Origin: a virus
IMG/VR virus record: IMGVR_UViG_3300009008_000009
Span: 32,001-96,000 of that record
DNA length: 64,000 bases
Direction: 5' to 3' (one strand)
Below the pieces are notes generated by a model. That model was not told the origin of the DNA. It saw nothing but the letters and a program-made list of their open reading frames with translations, and did not search any database. Of the stretch, positions 55,706-64,000 are shown piece by piece. The position numbers were made by a program, and so were the translations under genes. Positions within the stretch are counted from its first letter, which is position 1, and each line of letters opens with the position of its first letter.

Positions 55706-56499
55706 TAGATAGTACCAACCATGTGAACCGAGGCTCGAACGTCAATCTGGGTATTTTCATTCTTGAACTCAGCCAAGAGACCAGCTGGGCGGACCTGACT
55801 TGGGGGCCGACCTACAAACACGCTGTCGCTGTTAACTAAGTTCTCAGTGATTCCAGTGTCATCGTCTCCGAATAGGAAGTACCGCCCGTCGACGCTAGCA
55901 CCTGTCGGCGCACGTACAGACATCTCAACGTTTTCAAGGGTCGGTGCCGAAAACTGAATGCCACCGTTCTCTGCCTCCGACACAACAACAGGACTGGTGG
56001 GATCGATTACAAGAATCGCGCTCTGGATATCCGCGATAAGGTTGACAACGGATCGACTCGTCCCAGACGGGACGGTGAGGTCTGTCAGTAGAGAATAGCC
56101 TGTACCAGTTATACCAAACCAAAAGATCAGTGGTGCTGTAATATCAAGCACTCGATTATCATAGACATAGTAATTGAAGTACTCGTCGTTGACGACCGTG
56201 GTCCCAGACGCGGAGAGTGTGAGTTTTGGCGCGGTTGCCATCGAGCTAGATCGGTTCTCCTTGGTGATTACCCACATCATGGTAATCGTCTTCTCACCAT
56301 CTTTCCCTGCCCGAACGGACTCGGTGTTTGATGTAGATGCCCCCGTTGGGGATGGAACAAATACATCCACTGACTTATAAAACGTGGTGCCACTGAGACG
56401 ACTCTCAGTAGATGCAATGAACTCACCAACCTTGTCGCCACCGTCAAACGAGGTACTGGACAGCACATTTGTAGCCATGTTCGTTTTAATCGTCAGCAT
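55705..56499 (-). CDS. Putative structural protein
   Basis: Ser/Thr-rich, tail module context. Confidence 0.55.
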   Translation of the reverse strand: MLTIKTNMATNVLSSTSFDGGDKVGEFIASTESRLSGTTFYKSVDVFVPSPTGASTSNTESVRAGKDGEKTITMMWVITKENRSSSMATAPKLTLSASGTTVVNDEYFNYYVYDNRVLDITAPLIFWFGITGTGYSLLTDLTVPSGTSRSVVNLIADIQSAILVIDPTSPVVVSEAENGGIQFSAPTLENVEMSVRAPTGASVDGRYFLFGDDDTGITENLVNSDSVFVGRPPSQVRPAGLLAEFKNENTQIDVRASVHMVGTI

Positions 56500-56508
56500 A
56501 CGATCCTC

Positions 56509-56946
56509 TTACGCCGGAACGTTCTTACCAATAATCAAGATCTCAACATCAATGGTCTGATCTTCATCGTTTGATATCTTGAGATACCAGTTTGCGTTCG
56601 TTGTACTGTTGAACAGAAAGTCGGAGTTGCTTTGAGGACTCCAATCCCCAACAATGGAAAACGAAGTCCCGAATGCACTCCAGAACTGCCCATCGTCTTT
56701 ATCATCAAATACACGAAACTTAGCTCGAGACGAACAGTAGACGATCACTGCCCACGTATAGTCAAAGATCTCCGCGAACTCGATGTTGACCGAGTCCCCC
56801 GAAGGAAGTGCCAAGCGCGGAGTCTGATGACTGTACTGAAGCCCGTATCGATTACTGGCCGTGACCTTAAAGTCGTCAATGGTGTCGCCAGTTGCGTTCA
56901 GCGCGTAGGTCTTCAGGGAATGTGTTATGAATAATCTCTTATCCAT
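56509..56946 (-). CDS. Putative structural protein
   Basis: 145 aa, beta-rich. Confidence 0.55.
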   Translation of the reverse strand: MDKRLFITHSLKTYALNATGDTIDDFKVTASNRYGLQYSHQTPRLALPSGDSVNIEFAEIFDYTWAVIVYCSSRAKFRVFDDKDDGQFWSAFGTSFSIVGDWSPQSNSDFLFNSTTNANWYLKISNDEDQTIDVEILIIGKNVPA

Positions 56947-56949
56947 CTA

Positions 56950-59673
56950 TTACTGGCTCCCCTCTCCAGATGTGTATTCTTGCGATTGGTTTACAACCGC
57001 AATGATCTGTGGGTTAACCCCGGCGATCTGGTTCTCGGCTATGTTCGGCGGCGTCACGTCGTTCTGCTCGTACCATGCAACCGCAAATAGTTTCAGTGTC
57101 TTGCTGGCTGTCGCCGCTGTACCGTCTATGCGAAGAGTCGCACCACCGTCGGCCTGAATGCTAAGGGTACCGGCCTGCCTGACCATCGCCCCGAGCATTG
57201 ATTGATCCCATGCAATAGCGATGTGGTCCTCAGCGTCCGGAGCACCAATCGGATGAATCTTGAAGTCAATGGTGTCCCCGGTCGGAAGGTCAGATGAATA
57301 TACAAGAATTGTCATGTACCGAACGGTGAATGAGAATGGGAAGTCGATGAGATATTCTGTCAGACCGTCGTCGGCAGGGGTCGTCCCAGTCTCGTAGGTG
57401 ATTGGGCCTAAGTTGTAAGCTGACAATCCATAGTACCCAGTGGGAACCCCAACCTCGACCAACTTGGACTGCTCGTTGCTGGAAATCTGTCCGGCCCTGT
57501 CCACCGCCCTGATCTTGGCGGAAAGAACGTCACCAGCTTGTACCGGAATTGTAAGCCGTGGTGGGACAGTGTACATCTGATATGACTCATCGTCGTCAAA
57601 TCCCGGTGTGCTGCCGTCCAGTGTATAAGCTATCTCGTAGCCAACCGCCCGAGAGAGGTTCCTCCACTTGAGGAACACGCGACCTGCGGCGATGCGATGC
57701 TGGACTTCCGGCATCACAAGTTGGTCGTTGATTCCAGCCACAATAATACGCTGAGTGCAGTAATCACTGGTCTGCCCTCTGGTGCCTACAGCTCGTACCT
57801 TAACTCCGTAGGTCACTCCCATGAGCACCGGGTTCAGCATATAGTACATTCGAGTCGGCGATTGCTGTTGGCGGACCACAGCTTCAAACGACATCTCTTT
57901 CCCAGTCCATGGGTCGGTCACAATGGGTAGCTTGTTTCCGGGGTCGGAGATGATCAGCCCACCCTGCCCGGGAAGGGTTACCAAGTTCGGAGTGCTGAGT
58001 ACATCAATAATCACCTCGTAGGATTTTGCCCCGGGGGTGACGTAGAACGTTCCTGAGTGATCTTCTCCGTCGTAGTCATAGTCAGATTGTGGTGCGCAGT
58101 AAACTGTAGACGCGGTGTTACCCGTGATCTCGTGCCAGTACACCTCAGCTGATAGACTCTCGAAGACCAAGTACCACCCAGCCAGATCCTCCGTTGTGCC
58201 GCTGTCGTTTGTCAGCGACATACTAACCGGAACTTCAAATGTCCGAGTGTCCCCGGTGGTGCTCGTCCACTGGCCACCAGCACCTTCCCAACCCCACGTG
58301 GCGGCAAGGAATGGTCCGCTGGGCTGCTGGAACGCTGGATTAGCAGACATGCGTTCCCGGGCCGTGCGAGACGTAATCAAGTTATCGTCGATGCTTTTCG
58401 GAGTGTGTTGCATGTAACCGGAGTACAACTTGAGGTTCCGTGGAATTGCAGGAGCAACTGGACCTGTATACGTTACTGCGAACACACGCTCATTGCTTGT
58501 GACCTGCCCAGCCCCGTCAACCCCGCGAACTCTGATGTACCACTTCTCGCCAACCTCGGCAAAGATCTGACTGCGGCCAGAGTAACCTGACCATTGGAGG
58601 TATGAGTAGTTTGGTGTTCCCCCAGTGATGGTAGAAGACTTATCTGCGAATACCTCGTAACGTGTGATTCCGGTTGCACTGGAATCAGTGATATCCCATG
58701 TGAGTTCAATACCCCAGTGCAGCTGGTTTGAATCCACTGACGGCATCGTTGACGTACTCACCGCCCCAGCTGTTATTGTAGACGACGTGCGTCCGCTGCC
58801 CACAATGGGGACAGGACCAGCACTGACCGCATGAACCTCAGCCTCCCACTTCGTACCCGGCTGTAGCCCGTAGAAAGTGGTGCCGTTGAGCGCACTGGAC
58901 CCTCGGATGAACTGGGTCTGGGTGGTGCCTGAGGGTGATGACGCGCCGTTAGTGTCATATTCATTCAACTTGACAAAGTACCCAAAAACACCGTCCTCGT
59001 GCCACGAGTTAGGCCAAGTCACAGTGACGTACGCCGTCGACACCCCGTTACCAGTCGCCTTGTCAAATGAGTACAGAATGTTCTCGGAGTCGAGACCCGT
59101 AACAAGAGTGGCATAGGCTGGCCTTGTTGGTATCTCGGTATTCGACATGCTGAGAATGCGACGACCCGTGGACTGGTCGGTTAGGCTATCAATGGTAATA
59201 TTATCACCAGCATCAATTTCTTTGATCGCACCAAGAACAACCTCGGTCAAAACCCCTGTCGAGTTGGAAAGAGCAAAGGCAGTACTTCCGGACGCAGTCC
59301 CCCGACGCGTTGCATGATCTTCACCGGTGATTTGATGGGTTCGTGTACTCGAGTCAACGACAACCTTCTGCATCACAATGTATGTCGTACCGGTTGCGAA
59401 CATGGACGCCGTAGTCAAACCAGTAATTGACCCACCTGTGCTGTATAGGTAGTCTCCACCCGGGGTGTAAGCACCCCCAGCAGATATGTCAATGGTTCCG
59501 GCAACAGTCGACGTCGGCTTCAAAACATCGTCTGAAACGGTGTCGGCAACAATTCCCGGTTCGCGGTAAGTTTGATTCCAACGACGGAGAATATCATCGT
59601 TCAGATATTCCTGAAGGGTAGTAAGATCGTCAGAATAAAACTCCACTCCGTCTGGAAAAAGTACCTTATTCAT
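56950..59673 (-). CDS. Tail fibre/baseplate protein with FN3-like repeats
   Basis: Repeated W..Y.V..(Y/W).(V/I)R.VD FN3 patterns; follows baseplate genes. Confidence 0.7.
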   Translation of the reverse strand: MNKVLFPDGVEFYSDDLTTLQEYLNDDILRRWNQTYREPGIVADTVSDDVLKPTSTVAGTIDISAGGAYTPGGDYLYSTGGSITGLTTASMFATGTTYIVMQKVVVDSSTRTHQITGEDHATRRGTASGSTAFALSNSTGVLTEVVLGAIKEIDAGDNITIDSLTDQSTGRRILSMSNTEIPTRPAYATLVTGLDSENILYSFDKATGNGVSTAYVTVTWPNSWHEDGVFGYFVKLNEYDTNGASSPSGTTQTQFIRGSSALNGTTFYGLQPGTKWEAEVHAVSAGPVPIVGSGRTSSTITAGAVSTSTMPSVDSNQLHWGIELTWDITDSSATGITRYEVFADKSSTITGGTPNYSYLQWSGYSGRSQIFAEVGEKWYIRVRGVDGAGQVTSNERVFAVTYTGPVAPAIPRNLKLYSGYMQHTPKSIDDNLITSRTARERMSANPAFQQPSGPFLAATWGWEGAGGQWTSTTGDTRTFEVPVSMSLTNDSGTTEDLAGWYLVFESLSAEVYWHEITGNTASTVYCAPQSDYDYDGEDHSGTFYVTPGAKSYEVIIDVLSTPNLVTLPGQGGLIISDPGNKLPIVTDPWTGKEMSFEAVVRQQQSPTRMYYMLNPVLMGVTYGVKVRAVGTRGQTSDYCTQRIIVAGINDQLVMPEVQHRIAAGRVFLKWRNLSRAVGYEIAYTLDGSTPGFDDDESYQMYTVPPRLTIPVQAGDVLSAKIRAVDRAGQISSNEQSKLVEVGVPTGYYGLSAYNLGPITYETGTTPADDGLTEYLIDFPFSFTVRYMTILVYSSDLPTGDTIDFKIHPIGAPDAEDHIAIAWDQSMLGAMVRQAGTLSIQADGGATLRIDGTAATASKTLKLFAVAWYEQNDVTPPNIAENQIAGVNPQIIAVVNQSQEYTSGEGSQ

Positions 59674-61244
59674 TCTATGACTCCGTTGTACCCGTACCCA
59701 TACAAATGATAGACATCAGGACTTGGGTCCGTGCCCTGATTTGATAGAAGGAGGTAACCTTTTCCTTGCATGGGTATTACGTTTGGAATGAAGGTCAACA
59801 TCCACGCAATTTCCTCAGCCGTAAATGGAGTGATTCTCTTCACGAACAAGTCAAAGTCGTGTGCTGCGTTGTATCGGCTGACGTTCCACGCCCCGTGCCC
59901 CGGGGATATTGTACTTGTTATCTCAGAGATATCTTTCATGATACCCCCGGGCGCGTACAGCTCAATGTCAATACGAGCGAGTGGGAAGACCCCCCGGTTC
60001 GCTGCGGTGTAGCTAACCGTGACCCCCGAGCCTGCCGGGTCAAAGACGGTCGCGTCCAACCGGGTACCGAGATCAACGATAGCTGTAGATCTGAGATCGG
60101 AGTCCTGTACAATCCGACTCGACCCAAGCAGATCGTAGAACAGATTGTTGTATCCATCGTAAGAAATGATCTCGTCAATACTGGTCGGGATCTGCTCAAG
60201 GATCACGTACTTCCCGCCCACAATTCCAGTTATAGATCCGTCGGTGTCGGTCTGAATCGTGCGGATAGTTTGTGAGTACTGCATAGTCGGAGTTGTAATT
60301 TCAGCGGAGTTGAATATCGTATCCCCGGTTCGAAACGTTCCGTCCAGCTGAATGTCCGGACTACTAACTGGTGCACCACCGGGGTTCAAGTACGCCCATG
60401 TCACCCCGGTTGAGACCACCAAGTAGAATAGAGTCGCTGCTGTTCTGACATTGACTTCTGCGTACTGTACATTGTACAACCTATTCTGAATTCGAACCTT
60501 ACCGGCGTTGACGATAACTGTAGTCGTGTCGGCTGTTGGTGCTGTCCGTGAGCACTGCATAAACGGAACGGCGACAGATCCCGGGTAGTGCCAAGCATAC
60601 CCACGTGGAATGGCCTGTGAATCGTCAGCGGCGAGCGCGTAACCAGAGTCATCAATGCTCTTTGTTACCGCACCCTGCTGGTAAATACCAAGGGCCGTGC
60701 GTAGGAGAGTAATGTATTGATCTACTGTGTACCCTGAGATTCGAGAGACGTTGAGCCAGTCGCCCCACGTCTCCGATATAGCGTTTGGGGACGGTGATTG
60801 GTATCCACCATAGTTATCTGGGACTGTTCCACCGTTCTTGAGATATCCATTTGCCCACGCCTCGTAAGTCTTATCAGCGTACGTGCGCAGCACCTCCGTC
60901 ATTGGAGCCACTACAGCATAGACAAGGTCGGCAACAAAGGCAACCTCAGCATTCTCAACTCCATTTACCACTTGAATGTTATTGAACCCAGCTACAGGCA
61001 CCAGTGTAAAGCTGAATGTCGTCTGGCCGGAGCGGGTCATGTAAACTTCAGAGTTATGGTAGACCGTGGTCGTGTTACCACTGGTGGCCCCACTCACTGT
61101 AAGCGTAACACCTGACGTGGACAACGGAAGAGTACTTACACCAGTGTCGTAGATAAACTTATCCATCTGCTCCTTGTACTTACGGAGCGTGCGGTCATCG
61201 TCTGAACGCAACGGGACGGATGTCATGCTGACGGTTAGAGCCAT
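59670..61244 (-). CDS. Baseplate wedge/tail protein
   Basis: Immediately downstream of baseplate J; Thr/Ser-rich. Confidence 0.55.
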   Translation of the reverse strand: MALTVSMTSVPLRSDDDRTLRKYKEQMDKFIYDTGVSTLPLSTSGVTLTVSGATSGNTTTVYHNSEVYMTRSGQTTFSFTLVPVAGFNNIQVVNGVENAEVAFVADLVYAVVAPMTEVLRTYADKTYEAWANGYLKNGGTVPDNYGGYQSPSPNAISETWGDWLNVSRISGYTVDQYITLLRTALGIYQQGAVTKSIDDSGYALAADDSQAIPRGYAWHYPGSVAVPFMQCSRTAPTADTTTVIVNAGKVRIQNRLYNVQYAEVNVRTAATLFYLVVSTGVTWAYLNPGGAPVSSPDIQLDGTFRTGDTIFNSAEITTPTMQYSQTIRTIQTDTDGSITGIVGGKYVILEQIPTSIDEIISYDGYNNLFYDLLGSSRIVQDSDLRSTAIVDLGTRLDATVFDPAGSGVTVSYTAANRGVFPLARIDIELYAPGGIMKDISEITSTISPGHGAWNVSRYNAAHDFDLFVKRITPFTAEEIAWMLTFIPNVIPMQGKGYLLLSNQGTDPSPDVYHLYGYGYNGVIE

Positions 61245-62779
61245 GTTACCGTACCAATTCGAATGGTCTCAGAGTTCTTCGGTTGGAAACTCGAAGTTAT
61301 CTCTGTTGAGTCAATTTCCAGAGTCCACGTGTCCATCCGGTCGACCCCGGCGACCTCAAGAGCAATGAGCAGAGTGTCGGTCCGATCCAGTCGCTCACCA
61401 AGTTTATGGTCATCGTACTTTCGACCCACTGATGTCTTTCCACCGGAGAGCATCTTCGTTATATCAGACTCAATCACGGTCTGAACCGCTGCCTTGGTAT
61501 ACTCAGAGAACACCGCAACGTCCCCGGTGATGTTCAAGTACAGAACATCGGCCTTTCTGATGTTGACATCGGCGGTGAGCAACTCATAGTCGGGTGAGTC
61601 CATTGTATTCTGCAGCGAAAGAATCCGGGAGTCGAAGGTGTACTCTACAATCAGATCTTCATCTTCAGTGGTTCCTACCTTCACCGTAACATCTACTGAT
61701 GATCGAGACTCAGTCGAACCAGAAACGGAAGAGGTAGAATCTAAGTTCGCGGTGTACGACAGTACACCGATAGACGAGCCAGAAACCCCGTTCACACTGA
61801 TTACAGGCTGTCTGGTCATGATGTAGTTGAACGGAGACCCGGTGGTGCCCGGATAGGGTCGAGCGCTTGACAAGGACGTCTGGAGGTTCGCGATGGCTTG
61901 CGCGTCCTTCATCTTCACCCGGTCAGTAACGGTTTCTGGCTGACTTGACACTGACACAAAGACATCAACAGGGGGTGGATCAGATCCCCGTGTGTTCAAC
62001 ACGTCTGTTTGCTTGGCAACGTATGCGTCCAGCACCCCCGGTTGTTTCATCAGGAAGCTGCGCAGGCCGGGCTTTGTGTCAAGTGACCATGCGGTCCACG
62101 CCAGCCGGGCGCGTGCGATAAGAGACTCGTCACTCTCTTCCGCCGTCCCATTTGAAATTGGGATAGGGTTAGAACATCCAACTGCCCCGACGATGTTATC
62201 TACAATGACAACAACCCGGTCGGTGGCCACGTTTCCAGAAGACCCAGCAACTACGGCCTCGCACATGATCTCGTAGTAGTACAGCCCCCTTACTGAGTCA
62301 AACTGAGGGTTAGTCCCAATTACGTCAGAAAGCGTCGAGTACACTATGGGGCTGGTGCCTCGGGTGGAAACACGAGTACCAGCGTCAATGTCCGTACCAC
62401 CACTACTCGGGAAGTAAACACGAACAGGGCCACGCGACTGCGTTGCTGCGTTACGGGTGATGTCCCAGTTACCAACAAGGTCGTCCAGCAGGGACGAGAT
62501 CAGATCTTCAACTTGCGCCACACTCGTGTACTGGAACAGAACCCTGATCTTTTCCTTGTATGACTCGTCGCTCAGGATATTTTCAATACCGGTCAGCGAC
62601 CGGGTCCGGTTTACAAAGTCGGCTAAGAGGAAAAGGTCCGCCCCGATCACACTCGCCGGGAATAGAGACAGATCATAAGTGACAGAGTGGTCCGCGAGGT
62701 TCAGATTCGAATTCAGATCTTGAACACTGGACCGGAGGTCACTTAGAATTGTGTCTCTGTCTTTTACTGGAATGGACAT
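61235..62779 (-). CDS. Baseplate J-like protein
   Basis: LDDL...ITR, CEAVVAGSSGNV, NP....GTAEESDESLIARAR, VDVFV. Confidence 0.88.
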   Translation of the reverse strand: MSIPVKDRDTILSDLRSSVQDLNSNLNLADHSVTYDLSLFPASVIGADLFLLADFVNRTRSLTGIENILSDESYKEKIRVLFQYTSVAQVEDLISSLLDDLVGNWDITRNAATQSRGPVRVYFPSSGGTDIDAGTRVSTRGTSPIVYSTLSDVIGTNPQFDSVRGLYYYEIMCEAVVAGSSGNVATDRVVVIVDNIVGAVGCSNPIPISNGTAEESDESLIARARLAWTAWSLDTKPGLRSFLMKQPGVLDAYVAKQTDVLNTRGSDPPPVDVFVSVSSQPETVTDRVKMKDAQAIANLQTSLSSARPYPGTTGSPFNYIMTRQPVISVNGVSGSSIGVLSYTANLDSTSSVSGSTESRSSVDVTVKVGTTEDEDLIVEYTFDSRILSLQNTMDSPDYELLTADVNIRKADVLYLNITGDVAVFSEYTKAAVQTVIESDITKMLSGGKTSVGRKYDDHKLGERLDRTDTLLIALEVAGVDRMDTWTLEIDSTEITSSFQPKNSETIRIGTVTWL

Positions 62780-62781
62780 CT

Positions 62782-63240
62782 CTACCTCACATTCTTCAGC
62801 GCGGCTACCGACTGTGTTACCTCAGAGTTCTGGGTTACAAACCCCAGTTCAACTGAAGTTCTGGTCTGGCTGACACGACGTACATGCGCAATATGTAAAT
62901 CGGTGATAACCCGTGATCCCTTAAAGATCTTCGGGAAGTTTCGGTGCTGGGCGGCGTGAATCTGCACCAGTCTCCGAATCGACTGCATCACCGTGTACGG
63001 AATCATGGATCGAACAACCGCAGTACTCTTACTCCCTACAATTCGACGTATGAGAGTTCCATAACCATCAGACGTACGAGACGCAAACATTGCCTTGAGC
63101 ACGTCCTGCTCAGCGGCTTCATTCTCTGAGATGGTGACCGGGTCTCCCCCGGGATTAAGCTCCAGCGTCATCGCCCCATTTGTAAATGGGTCTCCGCTGA
63201 CCTCGCGGGGGACCAGCTTTGGATCAATCATCTGTGCCAT
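62782..63240 (-). CDS. gp25/GpW-like baseplate protein
   Basis: QDVLKAM......YGT.I; directly upstream of baseplate J. Confidence 0.6.
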   Translation of the reverse strand: MAQMIDPKLVPREVSGDPFTNGAMTLELNPGGDPVTISENEAAEQDVLKAMFASRTSDGYGTLIRRIVGSKSTAVVRSMIPYTVMQSIRRLVQIHAAQHRNFPKIFKGSRVITDLHIAHVRRVSQTRTSVELGFVTQNSEVTQSVAALKNVR

Positions 63241-63560
63241 TAAAGTACCTCACCTGTAACAACGACGGGGTTTGGTGGCCCCAACTGTGAGATCTGCCCC
63301 GGCACAATCGTTACCTGTACAAGTCCAGACTTGATGTATGTTTCAGTTACCGCAGCAATTGCCTGAGCTATACCAAGTGTAAACTGGTCTGCGCGTGCGT
63401 TAGCTGCGTCAATTGCGTCTTGGTGTGCCCCGGGGTTGGGATCTCCCTCAGCACTTCCTACAAATGACTGTGCGTTAATCCCTTCGCCGCTGTAGGTACG
63501 AACTGGCTGGCGCAGAGCCTCAACAAGTGCGTCTTGATAAGCAGTAGTTTCTAATGGCAT
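63240..63560 (-). CDS. Baseplate-region protein
   Basis: IAQAIA....YIKSG.V; between spike-like and gp25-like genes. Confidence 0.55.
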   Translation of the reverse strand: MPLETTAYQDALVEALRQPVRTYSGEGINAQSFVGSAEGDPNPGAHQDAIDAANARADQFTLGIAQAIAAVTETYIKSGLVQVTIVPGQISQLGPPNPVVVTGEVL

Positions 63561-63563
63561 AAC

Positions 63564-64000
63564 TCACTCCACCTTCGATGTTCCGGACAACACTTCATCC
63601 AAACTACGCTGCAGCTGGCGAAGGCTGGCTGTGTTCATTGGTGGTCCACTCGTCGGCCCGGCACCTGCAACCGGCTGTCGCATTCCAATGATCAGATCAA
63701 TGAGACTCTCCAGCTTAGCGACCAGCGTATCGCCCATAACCGCCCACTCTTCTGCGGCCCGACCAAGGTATATCTCCGCCGCGTCGATGATGATCTTACC
63801 AGCTTCAACATCGACTTCCACCGTCGTTACAGGCTCAGCCCCTTCCCCGGGAGCTCTACCGAACCACCCCTTCTTAAACTGTAGGGCTATCTTTCCCGAC
63901 TGTGTGATGTTGATCAGGGTAACTGGGTCCGATTCCTCGTCTGGGGCCACGTGAACCTGAACAACTACGTAGTCACCCGCACCGGCCCCTGCGTCAATAT
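63564..64000 (-). CDS. Baseplate spike/gpV-like protein, C-terminal part (runs off the window)
   Basis: Frame open to the window edge; IYLG.AAEEWAVMGDTL...GPTSGPP.N typical of spike C-termini. Confidence 0.6.
   Translation of the reverse strand, partial: IDAGAGAGDYVVVQVHVAPDEESDPVTLINITQSGKIALQFKKGWFGRAPGEGAEPVTTVEVDVEAGKIIIDAAEIYLGRAAEEWAVMGDTLVAKLESLIDLIIGMRQPVAGAGPTSGPPMNTASLRQLQRSLDEVLSGTSKVE

Noticed and set aside
1-64000. tRNA/rRNA genes, integrase or transposase, major capsid gene, stop-codon reassignment
   Set aside because: None recognisable by eye; conserved genes are intact in the standard code and end in TAA, TAG and TGA. A tRNAscan/Infernal run would be needed to exclude small RNAs

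Overview
A 64-kb segment of a large tailed dsDNA phage, probably a myovirus (baseplate J and gp25-like genes). Essentially all genes lie on the minus strand. In transcription order (right to left): baseplate/tail-fibre module (64.0-53.8 kb); sigma factor and SF2 helicase; replication/recombination block (DnaC-like loader, DnaB, primase-type Zn-finger protein, DnaX, beta clamp, UDG-fused family A polymerase, RecA, RuvC-like, split SbcC plus SbcD); terminase and a large portal-MuF fusion; seven consecutive glycosyltransferases; an intein-containing UvrD helicase with its own sigma70-type promoter; and an accessory region with four DNA methyltransferases. The most striking element is at 1.2-2.0 kb: a lone Cas7/RAMP-like gene directly preceded on the same strand by two non-coding arrays of 5-nt units (constant GGY plus variable NN) that share a conserved 3' tail. 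This looks like a non-CRISPR, RNA-guided system whose guide is split among dinucleotides. Also notable are a perfect 60-bp inverted repeat that could flip a Zn-ribbon mini-gene intact, tandem AT-rich MTases sharing an identical 52-bp block, and an intein with a GIY-YIG-like rather than LAGLIDADG domain. All family assignments come from motif recognition by eye; no searches were run.
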